Shown one piece after another: positions 1-12,025 of a DNA stretch of 64,000 bases (position 1 is the first letter of the stretch; the number at the start of each line of letters is the position of its first letter). The notes beneath the pieces were generated by a model, which saw only the letters and a list, made by a program, of their open reading frames with translations, ran no database searches and had not been told where the DNA came from. The position numbers were made by a program, and so were the translations under genes. Where the stretch lies: the NCBI RefSeq assembly GCF_006345805.1, contig NC_043000.1, positions 31,062,001-31,126,000 on the forward strand, read 5' to 3'. This stretch comes from Octopus sinensis. Taxonomy: Eukaryota.

Positions 1-180
1 ACACAGCACAATGCAACTGTATTAATGATCAGGTCACATGCAACAAAAGTTTCGACATATTAATTTATTTTTTCTTAAAGCATTCGCTCGTTACAGTGTC
101 CTTAGACCACTGAAAACGTAAGAGCTGCTAGAATAAAATGGACGCGAGACAGAAGTCAATAGGTGACGATGTTGACTTAA

Positions 181-390
181 CCCTTTCGTTACTGTATTTA
201 TTTTGAGATGCTCTGTGTTTCTTTCAATTACTTTAAATATAACAAAGAGTTTAGTAAAATAACTTAGTTATCATTCAGCTAGTGTTAGGAACATAAATTG
301 TGGCTAAGGTTTGATGGAAGATTTTAATTCAAAACTTATGATAACAAGACATTTGTACTCAGAGCCTGAGCTGGGTTGGTATCAAAAGGG
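181..390. mobile_element. piggyBac-type MITE, copy 1
   Basis: TTAA|CCCTTT...AAAGGG|TTAA, with TTAA at 177-180 and 391-394. A near-identical copy lies at 2802-3021. Confidence 0.8.
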
Positions 391-394
391 TTAA

Positions 395-1170
395 AAGACT
401 GGAGGTCATACTGAAGAGGAAAACAAGACTGGAAGGGAATTCCAAAGTTCAGAGGTGCGAGGGAAGAAACTGGTACCGTAAAGTGCTTTGCGACACTTAG
501 GAAGTTGCACAGTATACTGATGAGAACTGGATGCAAGTCTAGTTGATCGCTGATAAGTTCTGAAAGGCAAACCAGAGAAGAGAGCTCAGCAGAACGATGT
601 CCATGAAAATACTTATAGAAGAGAGACAAGGAAGCCAGATGATGACAATGAGAGAGTGAATCCAATTTAGAAGATAGATCAGGACCAATAGCATTACAAA
701 TACAGCATTGAATGCGGTCCAACAGAGTCAAACAATTTGCAGGAGCACCTGTCCATATGTGACATCAGTACTCAATGCAGGGGTGAATGGTGGACTTATA
801 AAGATAAAGAATAGTTTCAAGAGTGAGATAACTCCTTGAATGAAGGAGTGAGCCTACCTTCATTGCAGCCGATTTGGAAATAGATTTAATGTAAGTCCTC
901 CAAGAAAACTCATTATAGAAAGTCACTCCTGGAGATGAAGTGAACAATTCTCAGGTAAGTCAATACCATCCATCGAAACCAATGACAAGAAAGGGTGTCT
1001 GAAACGATTAATTGAAAGAAGTTTAGTTTTTGATGGATTGAACATTACAAGCCATTTCTTACCCCACTCAATAATAGATCGAAGATCATTCTCAAGGTTA
1101 GCTGTGATCTTAACCTTATCAAACAAGTTGTCAGATTTGTCCAATTACTATGGCCTCCTCTGTATTTGCT
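395..1170 (-). mobile_element. degenerate CR1/L2-type LINE ORF2 3' fragment
   Basis: Frameshifted minus-strand peptides NLENDLRSIIEWGKKWLVMFNPSKTKLL, GVTF...SWRTYIKSI and LYLYKSTIHPCIEY are typical of the post-YADD region of CR1-group RT. Confidence 0.75.
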
Positions 1171-1429
1171 GATTTCCATAACATTTTGATGTCAATCGGG
1201 AATTGATTTTGTGTGAAAATTCTTTCCATTGAATGTTTACCCCAACCACCTCTTTTGATTTATCTTATAATCTGTTCTTTAACATATTTTGGATGCTATT
1301 AGGAAATGACAACCATTTTTGTTTTTTTTTTCTTTTTTGCTTCATGTATATACTTGCACAAACTTGCATATAGTTAACAGTTGAGAGGTGTCGGATAAAA
1401 GTTGATAGTGCAGCCTCATTATCATCATC

Positions 1430-2145
1430 ATCAGCACCATCCGTATGTGGCTGATGCCAGCGCCGCCTTGACTAGCTTCTGTGTCGGTGGCATGTAAAAA
1501 CCACCAGGGATCGTGGCTGTTGCCAGCCTTCCCTGGCACCTGTGCTGGTGGCACGTAAAACGCACCATTCATATGTGGTCGTTGCCAGCACCACTTTGAC
1601 TGGCTTCCATGCTGGTGGTATGTAAAAAGCACCAACTGATTGTGGCCATTGCCAGCCTCCCCTGGCACCTGTGCTGGTGACACGTAAAAAGCACCAACCG
1701 ATCATGGCCGTTGCCAGCCTCCCCTGGCACCTGAGCACCATCCATATGTGGTCGATGCCAGCGCCACCTTGACTGGATTCCGTGCCGGTGACATGTAAAA
1801 AGCACCACCTACCGTGGCCGTTGCCAGCCTCCCCTGGCACCTGAGCCGGTGGCATGTAAAAAGCACCATCTGTACATGGTCAATGCCAGCGCCACCTTGA
1901 CTGACTTCCGTGCCGGTGACATGTAAAAAGCACCAACCGATCGTTGCCGTTGCCAGCCTCCCCTGGCACCTGTGCCGGTGGCATGTAAAAAGCACGGAGT
2001 GGTTGGCGTTAGGAAGGGCATCCAGCTGTAGAAACACTGCCAGATCAGACTGGAGCCTGGTGCAGCCTCCTGGCTTCCCTGACCCTGGTCGAACCGTCCA
2101 ACCCATGCTAGCATGGAAAACGGATGTTAAACAATGATGATGATG
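1430..2145 (+). mobile_element. RTE LINE 3'UTR copy with 9-unit A/B hairpin minisatellite and (GAT)n tail
   Basis: About 60-bp units ending GTAAAAAGCACC, then the conserved terminal block GAGTGGTTGGCGTTAGGAAGGGCATCCAGCTGTAGAAA...GTTAAACAATGATGATGATG. The same block follows the RTE ORF2 stop in the longer copies at 7779-10571 and 28150-29740. Confidence 0.85.
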
Positions 2146-2801
2146 CTCATGAAATATTCATGGTCTGTACTGACATGGGTTGGATGGTTTGATAGAATCC
2201 AACTGGCCCAAAGACTGCACTGCACTCCAATATCTGCTTTAGCATGGTTCCTATCACTGAATGCCATTCCTAAAGCCAACCACATTATAGTGTGTACTAG
2301 GCCCTTCTTTTTTTTTTTGGCACTAGCCTTAATGAGGTTACCATGCAACTCACAAGACTTAGGATCCTCTTCACCTGAATTGAGCTACAGTAGAGAGGGA
2401 GGTGGCTTTATACTATGGAGGGAGGGGGTTAAAGTGTGAGAGAAGGAGCCAGAACAGGTTTCTTGCTACTTTACATTGATGAATAATGGGTTGTAGTAAC
2501 AACCTTCATCAATTAGTGAGAATGTTTTTGTGTGGAAGCACAACTATAGAGATGCTATTGAGCACTGTTGGCAGTGCAAGTTTCTTTCAATATAAACACT
2601 CCCTGTTGATTTTAGAATGAGAATCAGATGTTTAAACCCTAAATTTAGAAGGGCAGACCCACTATGAAATAGGATTACAGTGATGAAAATGGCTTCCTGT
2701 GCATTATAAGAGAATTAACTAGGATCACTCAGCAAGAACGCTATCATCCCTGCAGGCAGGGTTCAAAATATTTTTTGCCTCTTTTGGTTTATAAATTCTA
2801 A

Positions 2802-3021
2802 CCCTTTCGTTACTGTATTTATTTTGAGATGCTCTGGGTTTCTTTCAATTACTTTAAATATAACAAAGAGTTTAGTAAAATAACTTAGTTATCATTCAGC
2901 TAGTGTTAGGAAGATAAATTGTGACTAAGGTTTGGGGGAAGATTTTAGTTCAAAACTTGTGAAAACAAGACATTTGTACTCAGAGCCAGAGCTGGTTTCA
3001 GCCGGGTTGTTAACAAAAGGG
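2802..3021. mobile_element. piggyBac-type MITE, copy 2
   Basis: CTAA|CCCTTT...AAAGGG|TTAA; same body as 181-390. Confidence 0.78.
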
Positions 3022-3059
3022 TTAAAGTAAAATAGTTTGTAAAACAATCTGTTTTAGAA

Positions 3060-3467
3060 GACCCATCAAGCTAAGTGAAATTGTAGTTGTAATCGAAGCC
3101 AGTGCTGTCTGACTGGCACCCGTGTCGGTGGCACATAAAAAGCAGTGGTTTGAGTGTTGGACATCACGGAGGTAGTGGTAGGAGACTGAGACCTTTGGCG
3201 ATATGCCGTGCTTGTGCAGACCTGTCAATCCAAGTGAGATCATGGTTATGGCTGATGCTGGTGTCACATCAATGGCACCTATGCCGGTGGCACCTAAGAA
3301 ACACCCACTACACTCTCAGAGTGGTTGGCATTAGGAAGGGCATCCAGCTGTAGAAACCTCGCCAAATTAGATTGGAACCTGGTGCAGCTCCCTGTCTTAC
3401 CAGTTTTCAGTCAAACTGTCCAACCCATGCCAGCATGGAAAACGGATATTAAACAATGATAATGATG
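3060..3467 (+). mobile_element. RTE 3'UTR truncated copy
   Basis: Conserved terminal block and GAT tail. Confidence 0.8.
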
Positions 3468-3652
3468 TGGCTTACTTGTAGCATTGTAATAAAATATATA
3501 AAGGTTATTTAACTTTTCTCATTTCACATTGAAAGAAGCTCTCTGATTTTGTTCTTACTGTTACTGCCTTCTTCATTATTTGTTTTTCTCTGATGTCATA
3601 CTAAAAACTTGAGAGATTTCTCTTATGAAATTTATATTTGCTTGTATTTTAG

Positions 3653-3723
3653 ATTTGGTCATCAAGTTTGTTGTGGTTGGTGAAAGTTGCCAGAAAAATG
3701 AACAACTACAAAAGTCATTGCAG
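3653..3723 (+). CDS. ECT2: ECT2/pebble RhoGEF coding exon a (start of BRCT0)
   Basis: tttag|AT TTG...TTG CAG|gttatt. Encodes (D)LVIKFVVVGESCQKNEQLQKSLQ and ends in phase 0, in frame with the next exon. Resembles the first strand/helix of ECT2 BRCT0 as I recall it. The donor is weak. Confidence 0.7.
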
Positions 3724-3746
3724 GTTATTTCTTATTTTATTACGAA

Positions 3747-4123
3747 TCTTTTATCTTTTATTTGTTTCAGTCATTAGACTGCAGCCATGCTGAGGCACTG
3801 CCTTTAAAAATTTTAATCAAATGAATCAGCTCTAGTCGTTACCTATTCTTTTTATATGCCTGGGACTTATTCTGTTAGTCTCCTTTTGCCAAATTGCTAA
3901 ATTAAGGAGATGTAAATACACGGACACCAGTTGCCAAGCAGAGGTGGGAGACAGACACGTGTGCACGCTTACACACATACACACATGCATAAAATGGGCT
4001 TCTTTCACTTTCTGTCTACCAAATCCACGCACGAGGCTTTGGTCATCGTGAAGCAATAGTAGAAGGCACTTGCCCAGGGTGCCATGTGGTTCGGAAACAA
4101 ACTTTCTATCATATAGCCATGCT
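3747..4123 (-). mobile_element. tRNA-headed CORE-type SINE (SINE-C), antisense, just downstream of exon a
   Basis: Tail TCTTTT...TTGTTTCAGTCATT, internal CA repeat, head with GGCACTTGCCCAGGGTGCC. Diverged relative of the clean copies at 19546-19967 and 60145-60536. Confidence 0.8.
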
Positions 4124-4223
4124 TAATTATTTTTTGTATACAAAGTAATTTCATATTTCATGTGGTGGTAAGTGGGGATTTTAAACTACTGGATTATTGT
4201 ACATTAATATATGTGTGTTTATG

Positions 4224-4269
<46 letters not shown>

Positions 4270-4271
<2 letters not shown>

Positions 4272-4501
4272 ATTTTTTATTGCCCACAAGGGGATAAACA
4301 TAGAGGGGACAAACAAGGACAGACAAAGGGATTAAGTCGATTACATCGACCTCAGTGCGTATCTGGTACTTAATTTATCGACCCCGAAAGGATGAAAGGC
4401 AAAGTCGACTTCGGTGGAATTTGAACTCAGAATGTAGAGACAGACGAAATACCAATAAGCATTTCGCCCAGCGTGCTAACGGTTTCTGCCAGCTCGCCGC
4501 C
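4270..4501 (-). mobile_element. tRNA-headed SINE-B
   Basis: Matches the family GGCGAGCTGGCAGAA...GAGTTCAAATTCC...CATCCTTTCGGGGTCGATAAA...AAAGAAATA, which has at least 6 copies in the window. Confidence 0.85.
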
Positions 4502-4534
4502 TTTGTCTGTATGCATATATGTGTCTTTATGCAT

Positions 4535-4787
4535 ATATTGGCACGTAAAAAGCACCATTCAAGTGTAGTCGATGCCAGTACTGCCTGACTAGCCCTGATG
4601 CCAGTGACACATAAAAAGCACCCACTACACTCTCTGAGTGGTTGGCATTAGGAAGGGCATCCAGCTGTAGAAACTTTGCCAGATCAGATTGGGGCCTGGT
4701 GCAACCTTCTGGCTTGCCAGCCCTCAGTCAAACCGTCCAACCCATGCCAGCATAGAAAGCGAATGTTAAACGATGATGAGGATGATG
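4535..4787 (+). mobile_element. RTE 3'UTR truncated copy
   Basis: Terminal block and GAT tail. Confidence 0.8.
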
Positions 4788-4827
4788 GCAAGTGGGAAAT
4801 GGAAGGGACTAGAATAGAGGGAGAGGG

Positions 4828-5154
4828 GTGTTAGGAGGATATATTGTGAGGAAAAGATTCAAGACACTTTGTGTGCCAGTTAGAGGAGGGAGGAACAAAT
4901 GGAATTTTGTGACCTATTCTAAGAACAAGGAGGTGGAGAAAAAAATCGTAAAGTTCAAGCACATCATAAGGGTAAAGTTGCCCAAAGACGTGTACCCAGA
5001 GAGTGTGAAGGCCATTGTGGTCGATAGGGAAACCTTTAAGAAACTTAGAGACATCTGCGGGAATAGAATTGACCCGGCTGGAGCGTTGGTGGAGTTCAAT
5101 GAGCTGCCACCAGTAATTGATCTGTTAGAACTGGAGCCGTATATGAGGCGTTAA
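4828..5154 (+). other. orphan 108-codon open frame followed by a UTR-like stretch and AATAAA/A-rich end (~5395); probable 3' end of an unassigned retroelement
   Basis: Stop-free, non-repetitive, protein-like composition. No splice sites link it to ECT2 and the family was not recognised. Confidence 0.35.
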
Positions 5155-5599
5155 AGAGGAAAAAAAAAAAACGATAATTAAGGAAAGAAAAAAAATCAAC
5201 AGATAGAGGGACAAGACTGTGTGTACAAGTGTCCAAATGGTACTGCAGGAGGGGTGGGGCCCATGCAGCCATTTCATCTTTCATTATTATATAATATTCA
5301 TGCTCATTTGTTTTATGTTTATTGTCCTCACTGTGGTGTTGTGTCTGTCCTTGTAGTGTCCTCTGTATTAATGGCCTGAGTGCCAAAATAAAGAAAGTAA
5401 GTTTGCAGGAGGTGAATGGAGAATGGGAATAGAGGGGAAGAAAATACAGTGATTGGTGAATATAGGTGGGGAGATTGGGGAGATGTTGGGAGGACAGGAT
5501 TGAAGGAGAGGTTCGTCAGGGACAGATTGTGTGTGGAAGCATGGATATAAAGGACTAACCTTTTTGGCCTTGATTTTACTTTAATGGATGGGTCTTCTA

Positions 5600-6595
5600 A
5601 AGCTCAGCGAATTAGTACTTGTCCTCAGTCCTTTGTCGTCTCCTCTGCGAGACACAACATTTGTAGATCATTTCTCACCATTTTGTCCCTTGTCTTCCTA
5701 GGTCTTCTACAGGTTTCCTCCACATTTAGAAATAGGCACATTATGCAATTGTCTTCATCCATGCACATCACATGACCATACCAATGTAATCTTCTCTCAA
5801 GCACACTATATCTAATGTCTCTTATACCCAATTTCCTATCAAAACACTCTTTGTCATTCATGCACACCAACATTGCATATTCAGGGGAGCATGCTGGCCA
5901 CATTTCTTTGAAGCCCTTGCATTTCCTCTGCATTTACAGCCCATGTTTCACTACCATGTAGCATGACTGTTTGCACACAGGCCTCATACCTATTTCTTTA
6001 CTAACCACAAGGGGATAAACATAGAGGGGACAAACAAGGACAGACAAACGGATTAAGTCGATTATATCGACCCTAGTGCATAACTGGTACTTATTTAATC
6101 GACCCCGAAAGGATGAAAGGCAAAGTTGGCCTCGGCGGAATTTGAACTCAGAACATAACGGCAGACGAAATACCGCAAAGCATTTCGTGTGCTAACGTTT
6201 CTGCCAGCATGCTGCCTTATACCATCTGCCACAGGCCTCATACCATCTGCCTTTCACTATTAGGGGGAGGCCCTTTGTTGTAGCTCTCTGAATTGTTCCC
6301 TGCCCATTCTTTTTTTAGCAATCAGGCTTTCAGAGCATCCCCCTGCACTGCTAATTTGGTCACCTAAGTAGCAGAAGCTATCTACTACTTCTAAAGATTC
6401 TCCCGGATGTTTGAGGAAATCTGTTCTCTGTACGTTCTTAGTGTTTATTATACCTGCACATCTGCCATGCACAAAGATCTTATGTGTCCATAGCTCGCAC
6501 TGGGCACTCCATATGGAATTTCTACCTATATCTATTCTACATATCAAGCAGGGCCAACTCCCTGATGGGATTAGTAATTTGGCTGCTTTCATCAT
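5600..6595 (-). mobile_element. RTE ORF2 3' fragment (PHD-like insert to C-terminus) interrupted by SINE-B
   Basis: Peptides WPCLICR...GRNS...LWTHK, LEVVDSFCYLGDQ and ERRLHWYGHV. Homologous to 8189-8970. Confidence 0.8.
5991..6216 (-). mobile_element. SINE-B inserted in RTE ORF2; duplicated target ACAGGCCTCATACC at 5977-5990 and 6231-6244
   Basis: Family sequence plus flanking direct repeat. Confidence 0.88.
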
Positions 6596-7721
6596 CATCG
6601 TTTAACGTCCGTTTTCCATGCTAGCACGGGTTGGACGGTTCGACCGGGGTCTGGGAAGCCAGGAGGCTGTACCAGGTCCAGTCTGATCTGGCAGTGTTTC
6701 TACAGCTGGATGCCCTTCCACCATCCTCCTCCTTCTTCCCCTTCCCCATTTTGGCATTAGTTGGATAGACAGGATTCAATTAGTCAGAAGAACATGTTTT
6801 GTTCCAGTGTCTTAGTTTTGGCATAGGTGCCCTTTGTAACCTTAACCACTTTACAGACTGTTTTGGGTGCTTCGTTGTGGCACCAGCAGCATAGAGGTTG
6901 TCTTGCCCTCAGCAAAACCAAAGAGTTCTCTCAACTTTACTTTGTCTCTGCTCTCTCTCTTATTTTTTTGAAAAAGAAACTCTTTAACAGATATTTATTG
7001 ATGCAGTTGACAACTGGTCTCATTTGAACGCTGGTGTTATATATATAGTTAGATTAACTAGGGAAAATAGAATAATACGTCTTGCAGTAGTACAGTTTGT
7101 ATAGACTTGATTTAACTTCTTAGTGTTTGTATCTGCAGCAATAGTACTGTGGAAAGGACAGTTGATCATTTCATCTCTCGGCTTTTCGTGTCAGCATTCA
7201 GCAGTCTGTGTTATTCCACCCAAGTGGCGTGGTGAGATACTAATACAACTTGTTTAACTGGCTGAATGACTTTAAAAATAGAGAAACTTAGTTCAGTTTC
7301 TTTCTTGCAGCTGAGATTTATTTTCATATTTTCCCACCCAAAGTCTGATTTTAAATAAAGAAACAAACTTGATCTACCTTAAAAGCATTTTATTGATTCA
7401 ATAACACATTTCAGACTCACTCAAGTTTTCATTTCACCTTTGGTTGGTTGACTTAGATATTGACTTCACTATATTATTTGTTATACGTATGGAGAAAGAA
7501 GAAATAGTGTTTACAGGCATTGTTAGTGAGATCATTATTGAATGAATTTTAACTATTGAGCAGGATTAAACAGTATTTAATCTGAAGAAATGCTGTTCTC
7601 TTGTAGTATTTCCCTCTAGTGTTAAGTTTGTTGGACTAATTTCAATTGTATGGCAAATAGGTTAGCAACTTCTTTTGAACTCATTCATAGAAGCTAGTAA
7701 TTAAAGTGAATGCATGTATAA

Positions 7722-7774
<53 letters not shown>

Positions 7775-7778
7775 ATGG

Positions 7779-10571
7779 CAGAGTTTCAACAGCTGGATGC
7801 CCTTCCTAATGCCAACCACTCTGAGAGTGTAGTGTATGCTTTTACATGCTACCAGCATGAGGGCCAGTCCGGCGATACTGGCAACAACCTCGCTCAAATG
7901 TCTTTTTACATGCCAGTAAGGCGATGCTGGTAACAATCACGTTTGAATGGTGCTTTTTACGTGCCACTGGCATGGAAGCCAGTCGGCTGGTCTGGCAGCG
8001 ATCATGCTCGAATGGTGCTCTTAGCGCTCCACTGGCATGGGTGCCAGTCATTGAATTTGTGAATTTGATTTAATTTCGATTTCACTTGCCTCAACAGGTC
8101 TTTGCAAGCAGAGTTTAGTGTCCAATGAAGGAAAGGTATGCATAAATCAGCTGGTTACACCCCTGTCTTAGGCTACAAGGTTATGGTCTCACTTGGTTTG
8201 CCAGGTTTTCTTAAGTACAGCATATTTCCAAAAGTCCCGGTCACTAGTCATTGCCTCGGTAAGGCCTAATGTTCGCAGGTCGTGCTTCACCACCTCATTC
8301 CAAGTCTTCCTGGGTTTACCTCTTCCACAGGTTCCCTCAACCGTTAGGGTGTGGCACTTTTTCACACAGCTATCCTCATCCATTCTCGCCACATGACCAA
8401 ACCAGTGCAGGCGTCTCTCTTGCACACCACATCTGATGCTTCTTAGGTCCAACTTTCCTCTCAAGGTACTTACACTCTGTCGAATATGCACACTGGCATT
8501 ACACATCTGTCGGATCATACTGGCTTCATTCTTTGTAAGCTTACGCATGTCCTTAGCAGTCACGGCCCAAGTTTCACTGCTATGTAGCATGGCTGTTCAT
8601 ATATATGCATCATACAGTCTACCTTTTACGCTGAGTGAGAGGCCCTTTGTCACCAGCAGAGGTAAGAGCTCTCTGAACTTTGCCAGGCTATTCTTATTCT
8701 AGCAGCTACACTTTCAGCACACCCTCCCCCACTACTGACTTGGTCACCTAGGTAACGGAAGCTATCAACAATTTCTAGTTTTTCTCCCTGGAATGTGGCG
8801 GAAGTTGGTCTCTGAGCATTTTCAGTGTTTATTGCTCCTGAGCATCTGCCACATACAAAAACTATTTTCCCAGTTAGCCTTCCTTTAATATTGCTGCACC
8901 TCTTACGTGTCCATAGCTTACACTGGGTACATGTTATAGCGTTTCTACCTACGCCTTTTCTACAGATCAAGAAGGGCCATCTACCTGAAGGGATTTGTGG
9001 CTTTCCTGCCTTCTTACTTATTAGGACTTTGGTTTTAGCTAGGTTGACCCTAAGGCCCTTCGATTCTAATCCTTGCTTCTACACTTGAAACTTCTCTAGT
9101 TCTGATAGTGACTCAGCAATTAGAGCAAGGTCGTCAGCATAGAGGAGCTCCCAGGGGCATTCTGTCTTGAATTTCTCTGTTATTGCCTTGAGGACTATGA
9201 TAAATAGGAGGGTCTGAGGACTGAACCTTGTTGGACCCCTACCTCTACCCAGAATTCTTCACTGTACCCGTTGCTAACCCTCACCTTACTGACAGTGTCC
9301 CTGTACATGGATCGCACAGCTCTCACTAACCATTCATTTATCCCTAGTTTCCTCATTGACCACCAGATAAGGGATTGGGGGACCCTGTCAAAGGCTTTCT
9401 CCATGTCAACAAAAGCCAGGTACAGAGGTTTATCTTTGGCTAGGTACTTCTCTTGCAGCTGTCTTACCAGAAATACAGCATCGGTGGTGCTTTTCCCTGG
9501 CACAAACCCAAACTGCATCTCATCTAAACTGACTCTCTCCCTAATTAGTTGGGCTATGACCCTCTCCGTGACCTTCATTACCTGATCCAACAACTTGATA
9601 CCTCTGTAATTATTTGTATCTGAAGCATCATCTTTACTTTTGTAGCAGTTGACAATGGTGCTTCTACTCCAGTCATTGGGTATGACTCCTTCGTGTATCT
9701 CCTGGTTAACTATATGGGTGACTAGGCTATAGCCAACACCGCCAGATATTTTGAGCACCTCTGCAGTGATTTCTGATGGGCCAGGGGCTTTCCCTGCCTT
9801 CATACCCTTAATTGCTTTATCTACCAAGGCACTGTCAATTTGGATAGCTGTTCCCTCTGTGGGGTTGACATATGGCAGACTCTCTTTCTCCCATTCATGT
9901 TCTTTATTGAGCAACCTTTCTGAGTGGTGTCTCGAAACCTCTCTCTTTGCGGCCTCATTTAGTGCAAGTGAACCATCATCCATGCAAATACATTTCTATT
10001 CTACGACATCACGATTTTCTCTCACACACTGTCTTGCAACATGAAATACCCCAAGTCTTTGGTCCTCATGGCATAGAACATTGGCAAATTTTTCCTTATC
10101 TGCTTCCCTTCTGGCAGTCTGATACAATTCTCTGCGACCACCATTCTTCCAGTCCTTCCAAGCCTGTTTCTTTTCTCTAATAGCCCTGTCAACAACATTG
10201 TTCCACCACCACATTATTTTGGGTCGAGAAGGGACTTTGCATTTTCCACAGATCTGGTCAGAGTCCCTCAGCAGGTTGTCTCATAGAAACCTCTAGTTGT
10301 CTTCTACATCGTGTGAAGCTATATCCCCTTCTATTTTGTCAAAGGTTTCAAGTAACATGTCTCTAAATCTCTGTCCATTCACAGGATCTATAAGCTTCCA
10401 GACCCTTCTCCTCCATCCTGGTTGTCTTCTGGGCATCCATTTAGCCCTGATCCTAAAGTCGCTAACTACTAGTCTATGTTGTGGGGTACATTCTTCACCT
10501 GGGAAAGTTTTGGTATTTATAAGAAGCCATCTTACCCTTTTCCTGGTGAGGATGTAGTCAATTTGGCTAGT
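7779..10571 (-). mobile_element. RTE-clade LINE, ~2.8 kb (endonuclease C-terminus, RT, PHD-like insert, C-terminus, 3'UTR); frameshifted
   Basis: QIDYILTRKR...QHRLVVSDF (APE), YRGIKLL...QFGFVPGKSTTDAVF...AFVDMEKAFDRVP...GVQQGS, LLYADDL at ~9130-9150, MLHSSETW...RRLHWFGHV, then the 3'UTR minisatellite. Lacks the last ~110 nt and the tail. Confidence 0.92.
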
Positions 10572-10716
10572 GGTTGGTGTTAGGAAGGGCATCCAGCTGT
10601 AGAAACTCTGCCACATCAGATTGGAGCCTGGCGCAGCCATCTGGTTCGCCAGTCCTCAGTCAAATTGTCCAACCCATGCTAGCATGGAAAGTGGACGTTA
10701 AATGATGATGATGATG
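10569..10716 (+). mobile_element. RTE 3'-terminal segment with (GAT)n tail fused to the 5' end of the inverted long copy
   Basis: Terminal block starts directly at the truncation point and shares AGT (10569-10571) with it. Confidence 0.85.
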
Positions 10717-11618
10717 TTTTATATAAACATGGGGGTGCTGAAAAGTTCTTGGTTTTGTGTAAAAGAAAATACAGGAGGATCAGTGAATTATGATTTTGTT
10801 CCACATATAATCTTCCCTCTGATTCACATACTCATTGCAGTGAACCTTCAGTTTTTCTAAGCCCTATAAAAGAACTTGGAAGGTTGGGTCTCCAACCAGG
10901 CCTTTCATGATACCCTGAAAGCCAGAACCCTTGCAGCACCTTCTCGTATGTGGATGTATGTATGTATATTTATATGTGTGTGTTTATGTATATACAAGGT
11001 GCTGCTGAGAAGTTTGTGGCTTTAAAGGTATCATGAAAGGCCTGATTGGAGGTCCAACCTTCCGAGTTCTCTTATAGGGTAACAACTACTACCCTTGGTC
11101 TCCCTATTACACCAAATTGCAGTTATAAACCTGCTTCTTTCATTTTCCTTTCTCTCATCCACCTTGCCTATTCTCTCTTCTATTCTTCCTCTCTTATAGG
11201 GGCTATTTTAATCACTTAGCCTTGTAACCGAGATGATGTTCACTTGTGTGGATGGTATAAAAACACACACACACACCCAGTACAATCTGTAGAGTGGTTG
11301 GCATTAGGAAAGGCATCCAGCTGTAAAAACCATGTCAAAACAGACAATTGGAGCTTGGTGCAATTGTCTTACTTCTCAGTTCCTGATGAAGTGTCCAAGC
11401 CATAGCTGCATGGAAGATGGATGTTAAATGATGATGACTGGTATCCTCCTAACTAGCTGAGAAGTCGTCATCTTCCCTATTATCGCTAAATTTGCCAAGT
11501 GCTGCTCATCCTTGCCTTCAAAAGAGATGTCAGTTTGTTGAGATATTTACTCATGTCATTAACTTCTACAACCTCATCTTTATAACATTTTTAATATTTT
11601 CCTTTTTTCTTTCTAAAG

Positions 11619-11798
11619 TATTTTAGTCACCCAGTCATCTACTCAGACACCGGCCAAGATATTCCAGCAAAATCCCCTGATTTTGAATACATCTTCATTC
11701 TTGATAATTTTGAAAATGAAGCTTTTCGCCAACTTTATCGTGAGAAAAAGCGTATCTTTGGACCACCAGTTCTAATTACTTGTGCTCGAGATAATTTG
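11619..11798 (+). CDS. ECT2: ECT2 coding exon b (BRCT0)
   Basis: ttctaaag|TAT...TTG|gtaagt, 180 nt, phase 0-0. Encodes YFSHPVIYSDTGQDIPAKSPDFEYIFILDNFENEAFRQLYREKKRIFGPPVLITCARDNL, matching human ECT2 SPEFENVFVVTDF...RVIGPPVVLNC (recalled sequence). Confidence 0.88.
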
Positions 11799-12025
11799 GT
11801 AAGTCATATTTTGGCTTTTTTTTTTATAAAACTGTCATTTATGAATGCTGAAATTTACTGGAAAAGTAATAGACTTCAACTTTTCAAGAATGTAAGACCA
11901 ATAACAATCAGATAAATGTTTGAAATTATGTATAATAAAGTGTAATTATTGTTTGAGAGAAATCAGTACTTTATTACTATTATTATTAAAAGAAATCATT
12001 GTCATTATTATTATTATTATTATTA

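Noticed and set aside
1430-1995. Palindromic ~60-bp repeats with variable intervening bases resembling a CRISPR array
   Set aside because: The intervening parts are two recurring types, not unique spacers. The array is the 3'UTR of an RTE LINE in a eukaryotic intron, and there are no cas genes.
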